Part shown: piece after piece, positions 46,559 through 56,689 of the stretch
Layout: each line of letters starts with the position of its first letter
Position numbering within the stretch: position 1 is the stretch's first letter
Assembly (NCBI GenBank): GCA_902627595.1
Contig: CACOJO010000003.1
Coordinates: 83,829-147,828, forward strand
Length of the DNA: 64,000 nucleotides
From: an uncultured SAR86 cluster bacterium
Lineage (GTDB): Bacteria; Pseudomonadota; Gammaproteobacteria; Magnimaribacterales; AG-339-G14
Reading direction: 5' to 3'
Notes under the pieces: model-generated
The model's input: only the letters and a program-made list of their open reading frames with translations
Databases searched by the model: none
Told to the model about the DNA's origin: nothing
Translations under genes and position numbers: made by a program

Positions 46559-46561
46559 ATC

Positions 46562-47617
46562 ATGTTTAAAGGCTATATAGAAGGTTATTACTCTCGGAGG
46601 TTGCCAATTGATGCCTTTAAAAACTTAAATACACCAATTTCTCACTACTTTTATGGACCAAAAGAAGATATTTATTTGCGTCATCGATGGAAGGAAATTG
46701 ATAAAAATCTTAAGAGAAGAATTCTTCCAAAAAAAATCAAGCAAGTTTATTGCGTTTCTCCAACTTCCGAATTTTTTGGAGACATTGAAAAGAATTTAAA
46801 ACTTTTGAAAAGAAAATTATCTCATGCTCTTGAGAAGGTAGGCTTTGATGAAATAGCAATTTTCTTCGATGACATTGATATAACTAATTTTGGTCAGGAA
46901 GCGGCAGACAAAGATTTGGGAAAAAAACATGCAGAAGTTTTAAATGAAGTTTCTATGCATTTGCCAAAACAAAAAAATATGTGGTTTTGTCCTGCAATTT
47001 ATAATTTATCTTTAGCTAAGGGGGTATTTGATGAAGGATATCTAGGAGGACTAAAAGAAAATTTAAATAAGCGCATAGTTATTTTTTGGACAGGAGATAA
47101 TGTTATCAGTGAAAGGATCAATAATTCATCTCTAAAGTCTATCCAAGATTTTTTTAAAAATCCTATAGCCATTTGGGATAATTTTTATGCAAATGATTAT
47201 TGTCCAAGTAGATTGTTTCTAGGTCCCTTAAAGGGAAGATCTTTAAATAAATCAATAGTTGGACACTTTCTTAATGGAACTGGTTTAAAAGAAACAGACA
47301 AATTTTTATTAAATTATTTATTTAATCCAAAGCAGAAAGTTCCGTATTTACCAAAAGAATTAAAACCAATCTTCTCTGATCCATTTAGGACGTTAAACGA
47401 AAAGGAATTTAAGCGCGCTTTAAATATTAGTAAAAAATCAATTCGATTTATTTTTGAAAACCCTCTTGATGAAATTTTATTGGAATGGAAACCATTTTTA
47501 ATGTCTTCTTTAAACGATATAAAACTTTTTCAATTAGAATCAAAAAAAGAGGTTGAAGGATTTCTTGAGCGAAGATATTCTCCTTTATTCGTAAAGGGTT
47601 TAACAAAAAAAAGGTGA
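46562..47617 (+). CDS. GH84-like (O-GlcNAcase / beta-N-acetylglucosaminidase family) protein, no signal peptide
   Basis: 351 aa. Successive blocks match recalled GH84 catalytic-domain motifs: GYIEGYYS, YFYGPKEDIYLRHRW, AIFFDDID (Asp-Asp), KKHAEVLN, FCPAIY, IFWTGDNVIS, IAIWDNFYANDY and LGPLKG. Confidence 0.7.
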   Translation: MFKGYIEGYYSRRLPIDAFKNLNTPISHYFYGPKEDIYLRHRWKEIDKNLKRRILPKKIKQVYCVSPTSEFFGDIEKNLKLLKRKLSHALEKVGFDEIAIFFDDIDITNFGQEAADKDLGKKHAEVLNEVSMHLPKQKNMWFCPAIYNLSLAKGVFDEGYLGGLKENLNKRIVIFWTGDNVISERINNSSLKSIQDFFKNPIAIWDNFYANDYCPSRLFLGPLKGRSLNKSIVGHFLNGTGLKETDKFLLNYLFNPKQKVPYLPKELKPIFSDPFRTLNEKEFKRALNISKKSIRFIFENPLDEILLEWKPFLMSSLNDIKLFQLESKKEVEGFLERRYSPLFVKGLTKKR

Positions 47618-47621
47618 GATT

Positions 47622-49238
47622 ATGTTAGGGAATATGATGAATGAACAACTTCTAATTTCAGGAGTTTTGGAACATGCTATAAAAAATAACGCCAATACAG
47701 AAATAGTTAGCAACACTGTAGAAGGAGGCATACATAGATACACCATTAAGGACTCTGCAAAAAGATCAAAGAAACTGGCTAATGCTTTGCTTAATTTAAA
47801 TATTAAAGAGGGGGATATAATTGCGACAATGGCAGTAAATAGTTATCGCCATTTAGAACTTTATTTTGGCATTTCTGGATTGGGAGCTATTCTTCATACT
47901 CTTAATCCAAGATTGTTTCCAGATGATATTAAATACATTGTTAATCATGCCGAAGATAAATACATCTTCGTTGATGCGCCTTTCTTACCAATCATAGAAA
48001 ATGTCATTTCTGACCTTAAAACGGTTAAAGGAATTGTGGTACTAACTGATAAGGAGAACATGCCATCTTCATCAATTGAAAATCTCATTTGTTATGAAGA
48101 TCTTATTGCTGATGAATCTGAAGAAGTAGTTTGGCCTGAGTTTGATGAGAATACAGCATCATCATTGTGTTATACATCTGGGACAACTGGAAATCCTAAG
48201 GGAGTTCTTTATTCTCACAGATCTACTGTTTTGCATGCTTGGTATGCTACCGCTGGGAACGCAATGAATTTAACTTCTGAAACTATTTTGCTTCCTGTAG
48301 TGCCAATGTTTCATGTTAATGCTTGGGGAATTCCATATGCATCATTTATGTACGGAGCCAAAATGGTTTTTCCAGGCCCCTTCACTGATGGTGAATCAAT
48401 TTGTAACTTAATTACTTCTGAAAAAGTAAATCAGCTAATGGGAGTTCCTACGGTATGGCTTGACTTACTGAATTACACTGAGAAGAACAATATCAAACTT
48501 GAGTCTGTAAATAGTGTTTTGGTCGGCGGTTCTGCTGCTCCAAAAGCTATGATTAAAGCCTTTCAAGAAAAACATGATTGTTTTTTACTGCATGGTTGGG
48601 GTATGACAGAAATGAGTCCGCTTGGGACACTCAACTCCTACACTCCGGAGATGGATGGCATGGATCTTGAAGAAAGATATGAAATTCAAACAAGCCAAGG
48701 TAGAGCAGTTTACGGTTGTTCAATGAAAATAATAAACGATGAAGGTAAGGTTCTTCCTAATGATGGAAAAACGTTTGGGAGACTCATGGTCAAAGGACCA
48801 GCAATTATTGAACGTTACTTTAAGTCTAATGAGACTGCTCTGGAAGATGGATGGTTTGATACAGGAGACGTTGCAACGATAGATACTCATGGCTATATGA
48901 GAATAGTTGACAGAAGTAAAGATGTTATTAAATCTGGAGGAGAGTGGATTAGTTCTATTGATCTAGAGAATACTGCAGTTGGACATCCGGGAGTAGCAGA
49001 GGCATGTGTTGTTGGAGTTGCTCATGCTAAATGGGATGAAAGGCCTTTATTGTTTATTGTTAAAAATGGCTTGGAAGAATGTGATAAAGATTCAGTATTG
49101 GATTACCTTTCTGATAAAGTAGCTAAGTGGTGGCTTCCAGATGACGTTATCTTTCTAGATGAACTTCCTCACGGAGCAACAGGAAAACTTCTCAAGACAG
49201 GTTTGCGAGAAGACTACAAAAATCATTTGATGAAATAA
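47622..49238 (+). CDS. AMP-dependent acyl-CoA synthetase (fatty-acid--CoA ligase family)
   Basis: 538 aa. Has the AMP-binding signature [21 protein letters not shown] and a C-terminal GKLLK. Confidence 0.85.
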   Translation: MLGNMMNEQLLISGVLEHAIKNNANTEIVSNTVEGGIHRYTIKDSAKRSKKLANALLNLNIKEGDIIATMAVNSYRHLELYFGISGLGAILHTLNPRLFPDDIKYIVNHAEDKYIFVDAPFLPIIENVISDLKTVKGIVVLTDKENMPSSSIENLICYEDLIADESEEVVWPEFDENTASSLCYTSGTTGNPKGVLYSHRSTVLHAWYATAGNAMNLTSETILLPVVPMFHVNAWGIPYASFMYGAKMVFPGPFTDGESICNLITSEKVNQLMGVPTVWLDLLNYTEKNNIKLESVNSVLVGGSAAPKAMIKAFQEKHDCFLLHGWGMTEMSPLGTLNSYTPEMDGMDLEERYEIQTSQGRAVYGCSMKIINDEGKVLPNDGKTFGRLMVKGPAIIERYFKSNETALEDGWFDTGDVATIDTHGYMRIVDRSKDVIKSGGEWISSIDLENTAVGHPGVAEACVVGVAHAKWDERPLLFIVKNGLEECDKDSVLDYLSDKVAKWWLPDDVIFLDELPHGATGKLLKTGLREDYKNHLMK

Positions 49239-49256
49239 AAAAATAAGGAGAAAACA

Positions 49257-49709
49257 ATGGCTGGATTAGTACCTGCAGACACTTTAAAAGATTACATAGG
49301 AAAAGATATGGGGGCCTCAGATTGGTTAAAGGTCGATCAAGATAGAATAAATCAATTTGCTGATGCAACAAATGACCATCAATTCATTCATATAGATTCA
49401 GAAAAAGCTACGCCACTTTTTGGCTCAACAATAGCTCATGGTTTCTTATCCCTTTCGTTGATGGCTGGGTTGCCAGCTCCTCAAGTTGCCCCTGAGGGCA
49501 TGACCATGGTTTTTAATTATGGACTTGATAAAGTTCGATTTTTAACTCCTGTTAATGTGGGTTCAAAAGTAAGGACCAAATCAACACTTTTATCTGTTGA
49601 TGATAAAGGCGATGGAAGATATCTTTTGAAATATGAAGTTGTTATGGAGATAGAAGGTCAAGAAAAACCTGCCTATGTTGCTGAGTCTTTATCTATGTTC
49701 ATTACTTAG
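49257..49709 (+). CDS. MaoC-like (R)-specific enoyl-CoA hydratase / hotdog-fold dehydratase
   Basis: 150 aa. Has F...TND.Q.IH.D and IAHGFL motifs. AAGGAG Shine-Dalgarno. Confidence 0.8.
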   Translation: MAGLVPADTLKDYIGKDMGASDWLKVDQDRINQFADATNDHQFIHIDSEKATPLFGSTIAHGFLSLSLMAGLPAPQVAPEGMTMVFNYGLDKVRFLTPVNVGSKVRTKSTLLSVDDKGDGRYLLKYEVVMEIEGQEKPAYVAESLSMFIT

Positions 49710-51141
49710 ATAATTTATCCTTTAAAAGTTTATTTACAACTTGTGGGCTTGCACTTCCTGAAGTTTTTTTCATAACTTGACCAACAAAAAAGCCTTGTAA
49801 TCTATCTTTGCCTGATTTTAGCTGCTCAAATTGTTTTTGATTTTCAGAAATTACCTCATCAAGGATTTTTTCTATTTCATCATCATTAGAAATTTGTTCT
49901 AAACCTTCTTTCTGAACAAGCTCTTGAATTTCTCCTCCTTCGTTCCATACAATCTCAAGAAGTTTTTTTGCGGAAGGACCAGAAATTTTTTGGTCTTCAA
50001 TATTTTGAATTATCTCTGCAATATGCTTTGGATTTACTTTTGATTCAGAAATGTTTGTATCATTTTTATTAAGGAGTGCAAATAAGTCTCCAGTGATCCA
50101 ATTTACGGCATTTTTAGAAGAAACTTCATAAGACAATACTTCTTCAAAAAAGGATGCAGTTTCTTTATTTATTGTTACAAGTTCAGCATTGTCATCTGAT
50201 AGTTCGTAAGAGTTCATGAATCTTTCTTTCATTATTTCTGGCAATTCAGGTAGATTTTTTCTCACATCGTTAATTTGATCTTTAGAGATTTTTATTGGAA
50301 TTAAATCTGGTTCTGGAAAGTAGCGGTAGTCATTAGCTTCCTCTTTTGAACGCATGGATCGCGTAAGATTTTTTTTAGAATCATACAATCTTGTTTCTTG
50401 AATAATTTCTTCTCCCTTTTCAAGCTTTTTAATTTGTCTGTCTATTTCAAAAGTAATTGCTTTTTCAACAAATTTGAAAGAATTAATATTTTTTAATTCA
50501 GTTCGTGTGCCTAGTTCTTTATCATCAAGCCTTTTAACAGATACGTTAGCATCGCATCTCATAGATCCTTGTGACATATCGCCATCTGAGATTCCCAGGA
50601 AAGTAACAATACTGTGTATTTTTTTTAAATACTCAACCGCTTCTTTAGCTGATCTAAGATCGGGCTCAGATACTATTTCTAATAGGCAAGTTCCAGCTCT
50701 ATTTAAATCTATTGCAGAGTTATTACTGTACAAGTCATGTATTGATTTTCCTGCATCTTCTTCAAGATGAGCTCTAGTAACACCGATAATTTTTGATTTA
50801 TCACCAAGTTTTATTTCAACACTTCCTTTGCCGACTATAGGATCATCTAACTGACTTATTTGGTAACCCTTAGGCAGGTCAGGATAAAAGTAATTCTTTC
50901 TTGCAAAAATTACTTTTTCAGATATTTCGGCATTTATTGCACAACCAAACTTTAATGCGTGGGAAATCGCTTCCTTATTTAATACTGGCAATACACCGGG
51001 AAGACCCAAGTCAATTTCACTAGCTTGAGTATTTGGTTCAGCACCAAAAGCTATTGGAGAAGAGGAAAAAAGTTTTGTTTTGGTTGCAAGTTGCACATGA
51101 ACCTCCAATCCAATAACAGGCTGCCAATTATTTGAACTCAT
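49702..51141 (-). CDS. gatB: Asp/Glu-tRNA amidotransferase subunit B
   Basis: 479 aa. Has the typical GatB N-terminus (W..VIGLEVH.QL.T..K.F) and a C-terminal YqeY-like domain. gatCAB order. Confidence 0.95.
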   Translation of the reverse strand: MSSNNWQPVIGLEVHVQLATKTKLFSSSPIAFGAEPNTQASEIDLGLPGVLPVLNKEAISHALKFGCAINAEISEKVIFARKNYFYPDLPKGYQISQLDDPIVGKGSVEIKLGDKSKIIGVTRAHLEEDAGKSIHDLYSNNSAIDLNRAGTCLLEIVSEPDLRSAKEAVEYLKKIHSIVTFLGISDGDMSQGSMRCDANVSVKRLDDKELGTRTELKNINSFKFVEKAITFEIDRQIKKLEKGEEIIQETRLYDSKKNLTRSMRSKEEANDYRYFPEPDLIPIKISKDQINDVRKNLPELPEIMKERFMNSYELSDDNAELVTINKETASFFEEVLSYEVSSKNAVNWITGDLFALLNKNDTNISESKVNPKHIAEIIQNIEDQKISGPSAKKLLEIVWNEGGEIQELVQKEGLEQISNDDEIEKILDEVISENQKQFEQLKSGKDRLQGFFVGQVMKKTSGSASPQVVNKLLKDKLSK

Positions 51142-52567
51142 GGAAATCCGTTAATTTTTGAAATTTGTTAGCAAGGTTAAGAATTCTTCCCTCGTCAAGA
51201 TAATTTCCAATAAGTTGAAGACCAACGGGCATTTCGTTGGCCGTACCTGATGGAATTGAGATTGCTGGTAAACCTGCTAGGTTTGCAGGGATTGTATAAA
51301 TATCTTGTTCATACATTTCAACAGGATCGCTTATTGAGCCAAGCTCAAAAGAGGAATTAGAACAAGTAGGCATTGCTATTGATGAAACTTTTTTAAAAGC
51401 CTCATCAAAATCATTTTTTATTAAGTTTCTTATTTTTAAAGCCTTATTGTAAAAGGCATCATAGTAACCTGCAGAAAGACAGAATGTTCCAATAAAAATT
51501 CTATTTTTAACTTCTCTACCAAATCCTTCTGTTCTTGAATTAACATAAAGATCCTCTAAGGAAGATACATTCTTGCTTCTATGTCCAAATCTAATTCCAT
51601 CGTATCTTGCTAAATTTGCTGAACATTCTGCTGGAGCTATCACATAATAAGCCGGCAAGGAGTACTCAATATGAGGTAGATTTATTTCTTCAATTTTTGC
51701 TCCGTCTTTTTCGAGAATGGAAATTGCATTTTTAAAAGAATCTCGTACCTGATCATTTTTTATTTTTTCAATCAAGTCTTTAGGAATTCCAATCACATGC
51801 TCTTGATTCGCATCGACTTCCTTTTGAAAATCTTTAACTTCTTCATTCAAAGATGTTGAGTCTTTTTGATCAAATCCAGATATATATTTAAGAGCTATAG
51901 CGGCATCTTTAGCATTTTTTGCAATTATTCCTGCCTGATCTAGGCTGGATGCAAAAGCTATCATTCCCCATCTAGAAACTCTACCATAGGTAGGTTTTAT
52001 ACCCGTAACTCCACAGAAAGCAGCTGGCTGTCTTATGGAGCCTCCAGTATCAGTGGCAGTTGCAAATGAGCAAAGATTGGCTCTTACAGCTGCTGCAGAA
52101 CCACCTGAAGAACCTCCCGGCGAAAGTTTTTCATTGATGGGATTTAGAACATTTCCATAAAAGCTTGTTTCATTAGAGGATCCCATAGCAAATTCATCCA
52201 TGTTTGTTTTTCCAAGGGTAATAGCTCCAGCATTATCTAATTTAGAGAAGACCTCTGAAGAATAAGGAGAAATGAAGTTGGATAACATTTTAGAACCACA
52301 AGTTGTTTTTTTGTCTTTAATACAAAAAATATCTTTGTGAGCGACCGGAATCCCTTCTAGTGGCCTAGCTTTGTTTTTTGCAATGTTTTCATCTGCTAGC
52401 AGCGCATTTTCTTTAGACTCTTCCTCAAAGATTGAAATAAAACAATTTAAAGATTTTTTTTTCTTAATTTCTTTTAAATATGACTCTGTAATTTCTTTAG
52501 ATGAGAAAGATTTATCAGTAAGTCCAAGTATTTGATCTGTCAAAGAAAGGCTAGTTATTTCAGTCAT
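51128..52567 (-). CDS. gatA: Asp/Glu-tRNA amidotransferase subunit A
   Basis: 479 aa. Has the amidase signature GGSSGGSAAAV...DTGGSIRQPA. Confidence 0.95.
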   Translation of the reverse strand: MTEITSLSLTDQILGLTDKSFSSKEITESYLKEIKKKKSLNCFISIFEEESKENALLADENIAKNKARPLEGIPVAHKDIFCIKDKKTTCGSKMLSNFISPYSSEVFSKLDNAGAITLGKTNMDEFAMGSSNETSFYGNVLNPINEKLSPGGSSGGSAAAVRANLCSFATATDTGGSIRQPAAFCGVTGIKPTYGRVSRWGMIAFASSLDQAGIIAKNAKDAAIALKYISGFDQKDSTSLNEEVKDFQKEVDANQEHVIGIPKDLIEKIKNDQVRDSFKNAISILEKDGAKIEEINLPHIEYSLPAYYVIAPAECSANLARYDGIRFGHRSKNVSSLEDLYVNSRTEGFGREVKNRIFIGTFCLSAGYYDAFYNKALKIRNLIKNDFDEAFKKVSSIAMPTCSNSSFELGSISDPVEMYEQDIYTIPANLAGLPAISIPSGTANEMPVGLQLIGNYLDEGRILNLANKFQKLTDFHEFK

Positions 52568-52569
52568 AA

Positions 52570-52857
52570 TTACTCAATTACTTTAGGTGTAAGATAAAAG
52601 CCAGATTCTTTTTCCTCGGAAAGTTCTTGAAGTTTTTCTCTTTCAATATCTTTTTTTTCGATGTCTTCTCTCAAAGTCTGAGTATTTTCTATTGGATGAG
52701 TTAACGGATTAATTTTTGAAGTATCCAACTCATCCATTTTATTAACCATTTTCAAAATAGACTCCAAGTCTTCAACCAAAGAGTCAGATGTCTCCTCATC
52801 TATTTTTATCTTACTCAATAAAGAGATGTTTTTAAGGTCTTGTTTGGTAATTTTCAT
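52570..52857 (-). CDS. gatC: Asp/Glu-tRNA amidotransferase subunit C
   Basis: 95 aa, acidic, lying upstream of gatA. Typical GatC length and position. Confidence 0.85.
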   Translation of the reverse strand: MKITKQDLKNISLLSKIKIDEETSDSLVEDLESILKMVNKMDELDTSKINPLTHPIENTQTLREDIEKKDIEREKLQELSEEKESGFYLTPKVIE

Positions 52858-52938
52858 TATAATGGTATTGAAAGAAGGAGATTTTATATCAACTTAAAAT
52901 CAACTACTATTCGAAATATTTAAAAAAAGCTAAAAATT

Positions 52939-53979
52939 ATGGTTCTAAAAGCTCTCAAAGGTATCTATTCAACCGACTTGTCAATTGACTTGGGTACAGC
53001 CAACACACTTATTTTTGCAAAAGGAAAGGGTATTGTCTTAAACGAACCCTCTGTTGTAGCAATTAAAAAATCTGAAGGACATAGATCTGTAGTTGCAGTG
53101 GGCTCAGAAGCAAAAAGAATGTTAGGAAGAGTTCCAGGAAATATAGAGGCAATAAGACCTTTGAAGGATGGAGTAATAGCAGATTTTCAAGTTACTGAGA
53201 AAATGCTTCAACATTTCATTCAGGTTGTTCACGGAGAAAATTTCTTCAAACCAAGCCCAAGAATTTTAATTTGCGTTCCTTGTCAATCGACCCAAGTAGA
53301 AAGAAGGGCGATTAGAGAGTCTGCCCTTCAAGCCGGTGCCAGAGAAGTTAGATTAATCGAAGAACCTATGGCAGCAGCAATAGGAGCTGGACTTCCTGTT
53401 GAAGAGGCTTCAGGCTCAATGGTGGTGGATATAGGCGGAGGCACGACTGAAATTGCAATTCTTGCTTTGAATGGAGTAGTATTTTCTAGTTCATTGAAAA
53501 CTGGAGGAGATAGATTCAACGAAGCTATTGTTTCTTATATCAGAAGAAAGTACGGAGTATTAGTTGGAGAGTCAACTGCTGAGAGAATAAAAGAAACTGT
53601 TGGATGCGCAACTCCCGAAAGCGAAGATAAATCAATGGAAATTAGAGGAAGAAATTTAGCTGAAGGTGTTCCCAATACTATAAATTTTTCAAGCTTAGAA
53701 GCTTATGAAGCTATATCGGGGCCATTATCATCTATTCTACAATCTATTAGAAATGCCTTAGAACAGTCTCCCCCAGAATTAAGTGCCGATATTTCAGAAA
53801 GAGGTATCGTTTTGACAGGAGGCGGAGCTCTGTTAACAGACCTAGATATAATGATTTCAGAACAAACTGGAATTCCCGTCATAGTTGCCGATGATCCTTT
53901 AACTTGCGTGGTAAAAGGTGGAGGAATTGCTTTAGACATAATAGATAAATTCGATGTAGATCTTTTATCTACCGAGTAA
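52939..53979 (+). CDS. mreB: rod-shape-determining actin homologue MreB
   Basis: 346 aa. Has [13 protein letters not shown] and [10 protein letters not shown]. No Shine-Dalgarno is visible upstream. Confidence 0.95.
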   Translation: MVLKALKGIYSTDLSIDLGTANTLIFAKGKGIVLNEPSVVAIKKSEGHRSVVAVGSEAKRMLGRVPGNIEAIRPLKDGVIADFQVTEKMLQHFIQVVHGENFFKPSPRILICVPCQSTQVERRAIRESALQAGAREVRLIEEPMAAAIGAGLPVEEASGSMVVDIGGGTTEIAILALNGVVFSSSLKTGGDRFNEAIVSYIRRKYGVLVGESTAERIKETVGCATPESEDKSMEIRGRNLAEGVPNTINFSSLEAYEAISGPLSSILQSIRNALEQSPPELSADISERGIVLTGGGALLTDLDIMISEQTGIPVIVADDPLTCVVKGGGIALDIIDKFDVDLLSTE

Positions 53980-53983
53980 TCAA

Positions 53984-54832
53984 ATGTTCGGTGGTGAACA
54001 CAAACAAACTGATATTGCACAATCAGCTATCTTTACCACTGGATCAATGCGTGCAAGTCGTCTTTATCCAGCGCTTTTGATAACTTTATCGGTAATGTAT
54101 GGGGATTATCTCTTTGATTTGAGCAGTAAAATAAGAATTTACTCTTCTTACATATTATCGCCTTTTACTCAAATTGAATATTTGGCTACCGACACTATCG
54201 ATGCATTTGACTCATATTTTGCTTCTCAGAAAAGACTTACAGAAGAAATAGAAAGTTTAAAAGAGCAAATAAGAAATTTAGAAAACCAGAATCTCACTCT
54301 TCAAAATACAAAAAGCTCACTAAATGAATTAGAAAGGCTTTTTGATCTAAGTAAAAGCTTCAAACAGAAAGACATATTTTTAGGCAAAATTTCTAATTTT
54401 AAGAAGTTTCCAAAAGAAATCATTTCTGTAGATATTAGGACTAATAAAATTACTAATGACATGGTCGCTTTCAATGCTTTTGGTCTTATCGGAGTTATAG
54501 ACGAACTATTGGTAAATACCGTTAAGATTAAGCCCTTGCATGACCTCTCTTTGAAAATACCAGCAAAAAACACCAGAACTTTAGAAAATATAATAATTAC
54601 AGGAACTGGCGAGTCAAAGTTATTTCAAATAGAAGAATTTAAGAAAAATGGAGATATAGCTCTTGGAGATGAAATTATTTCATCAGGATTAGGAGGTAAA
54701 TTTCCGGAGGGATTTTCTTTAGGGCGAGTAATCGATATAAAAGAAAATGATGAGTCAAATTTTTTATCAGTAAAAGTTGAAAATTCTTTTGACTTTACTT
54801 TTGGGTCTACAGTTTTATTTACAGGGCCATGA
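53984..54832 (+). CDS. mreC: rod-shape-determining protein MreC
   Basis: 282 aa. TM segment, coiled coil (LKEQIRNLENQNLTLQN) and a beta-rich C-terminus (SSGLGG.FP.G...G.V). mreBCD order. Confidence 0.8.
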   Translation: MFGGEHKQTDIAQSAIFTTGSMRASRLYPALLITLSVMYGDYLFDLSSKIRIYSSYILSPFTQIEYLATDTIDAFDSYFASQKRLTEEIESLKEQIRNLENQNLTLQNTKSSLNELERLFDLSKSFKQKDIFLGKISNFKKFPKEIISVDIRTNKITNDMVAFNAFGLIGVIDELLVNTVKIKPLHDLSLKIPAKNTRTLENIIITGTGESKLFQIEEFKKNGDIALGDEIISSGLGGKFPEGFSLGRVIDIKENDESNFLSVKVENSFDFTFGSTVLFTGP

Positions 54833-55335
54833 ATAGCTTAGATGATAAAAAAACTTCAATTTTTAATTTTTATTTTTTTGTTGGACTGACTCTGATAGTT
54901 GCATCAATTTTCGAGGTTATTTTAAACAATTATATTTTGTTTAAATTAACACTCCCCCTTACTTTGATGTCTTTAATTTATTGGAATGTTGCCACTCCTA
55001 GAAGTATTGGATTCTTTTGGACCATGCTAGCTGGCTTCATCCTGGATATTTTTTTAGGTTATCTTTTAGGGACGCACGTTGTAATATTCTTATTAACTTC
55101 ATATTTTTCCCAAAGATACTTTCATAGGTTTAGAGCTTTATTTCGATTGCAACAATCTTTGATTGTCGCCATGATAGTTTTAATCTATCAGATATACTTT
55201 ATTCTGATATCAAATAACTTTTCTAATTCTTTAATTTTTGAACTAATGATCTTAACTTTTATCTCGAGTTTGTTTTGGCCGATAATTTATGGAATTTTAA
55301 GATATTTAAGAATAAAACTTACTTACGGACAGTAA
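54829..55335 (+). CDS. mreD: rod-shape-determining protein MreD
   Basis: 168 aa, about 5 TM. Overlaps the mreC stop by 4 nt. Confidence 0.7.
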   Translation: MNSLDDKKTSIFNFYFFVGLTLIVASIFEVILNNYILFKLTLPLTLMSLIYWNVATPRSIGFFWTMLAGFILDIFLGYLLGTHVVIFLLTSYFSQRYFHRFRALFRLQQSLIVAMIVLIYQIYFILISNNFSNSLIFELMILTFISSLFWPIIYGILRYLRIKLTYGQ

Positions 55336-55341
55336 CAAACT

Positions 55342-56055
55342 TTATAAATCATTTCCAAGATATACTTTCTGGACTAGTTTATTTTCAACTATTTCGTTCG
55401 GAGTACCTTTGGCCATTACCTTTCCAGAGTTAATGACATAAATAAAATCACAAATTTCCAATGTTGCTTTTACATTGTGATCACTAATTAACACTCCAAT
55501 TTCTTTTTTTTTTAAATTTTTAATTAATTCTTTTATTTCATTAATTACAAGAGGATCAATTCCTGCAAAAGGCTCATCAAGCAAAATTAATTTTGGAGAT
55601 AATGCCATTGCTCTTGCTATTTCAACTCTTCGTCTTTGTCCGCCAGATAATGAATTACATTTTTGAAAATTAATACCATCTAAATTGAATTCATAACTAA
55701 TTTCATTAATTTTCTTTCCAATTTCATTCTGATTATATTGCTTAGCTTCCAATGCAGCTTGGATATTTTCTTTAACAGTTAATTCCCTAAATACAGATGG
55801 TTCTTGAGGAAGATAAATCACTCCTAATTCTGATCTCTTCTCAAAACTTAAATCATTTACATTTTTTGTATCAAAGAAAATTTCTCCTTGGGTTGATTTA
55901 CTCAACCCAGCCAAAATAGAGAATAAGGTAGTCTTGCCTGCTCCATTTGGCCCTAACAAACCATAAATTTTTTTTGAAGATATGCTGATATCAATATCTT
56001 CAAGAATAATTCTATGGTTGGAAACCTTACTAATTTTTTTTCCTTCTATGAGCAT
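55342..56055 (-). CDS. lptB: LPS export ABC transporter ATP-binding protein LptB
   Basis: 237 aa. Has Walker A GPNGAGKTT, the signature LSGGQRRR and Walker B ILLDEP. Downstream of an OstA-like gene and kdsD. Confidence 0.9.
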   Translation of the reverse strand: MLIEGKKISKVSNHRIILEDIDISISSKKIYGLLGPNGAGKTTLFSILAGLSKSTQGEIFFDTKNVNDLSFEKRSELGVIYLPQEPSVFRELTVKENIQAALEAKQYNQNEIGKKINEISYEFNLDGINFQKCNSLSGGQRRRVEIARAMALSPKLILLDEPFAGIDPLVINEIKELIKNLKKKEIGVLISDHNVKATLEICDFIYVINSGKVMAKGTPNEIVENKLVQKVYLGNDL

Positions 56056-56056
56056 T

Positions 56057-56689
56057 TCAATTTAAATCTTTTATTTTTAGCTTATTTGGAAAAAAAAGTT
56101 CTCCATTTGATTTTAACCTTATCATGGAAGTTTCTGTTTCTAATCCTTCATTGTCTAACAAATATATTGGATTTCCTTTCAAAACCATTTCTTCATTCTC
56201 TAAGATTATTTCATTTAATAAAATTTTATATTCATCAATAAAGAGAATTAATTTTTCTGAAGATAAATTTTTTTGATCTAAGTTAATATATATAGGATCT
56301 GAACTACCCTTAATAGCTTTTCCATTAGCTTCTCCGCTTACTAAGATATTGTTTTCAATCTGAACGATGTTTTTGTCATAAGAAATTTTTCCGTTATCTG
56401 AAGTGATTTTTAAATTGATATTCTTTCCAGAAAGATCAATTTCCGGTTTATAGACATAAAGGTTTTTTTCTTCCTTTAAGGAATTCACCATGGAAGATTT
56501 CACTTTTAGATCTAAATTACTATCTTTGAAACCTAAATTTATGGAAATATTTTTTGCTTCAAAGATAATTTCGGAATTTACATTTTCTATTTCATTATCG
56601 GATGAATTTAAAAAGAATGAAGTTATAAAAAGGATTGAGCCAGTAAGGAAAAATAAAGCTACTAAATATACAAAAATGCTTTTTGGCAT
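56057..56689 (-). CDS. LptC/LptA-like (OstA-fold) LPS transport protein, membrane-anchored
   Basis: 210 aa. It is the only gene between kdsD and lptB. The long N-terminal hydrophobic segment (SIFVYLVALFFLTGSILFITSFFL, approx. 24 aa, no obvious AxA site) favours a TM anchor as in LptC. The beta-rich remainder has an LKGNP...L block reminiscent of LptA. Confidence 0.5.
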   Translation of the reverse strand: MPKSIFVYLVALFFLTGSILFITSFFLNSSDNEIENVNSEIIFEAKNISINLGFKDSNLDLKVKSSMVNSLKEEKNLYVYKPEIDLSGKNINLKITSDNGKISYDKNIVQIENNILVSGEANGKAIKGSSDPIYINLDQKNLSSEKLILFIDEYKILLNEIILENEEMVLKGNPIYLLDNEGLETETSMIRLKSNGELFFPNKLKIKDLN

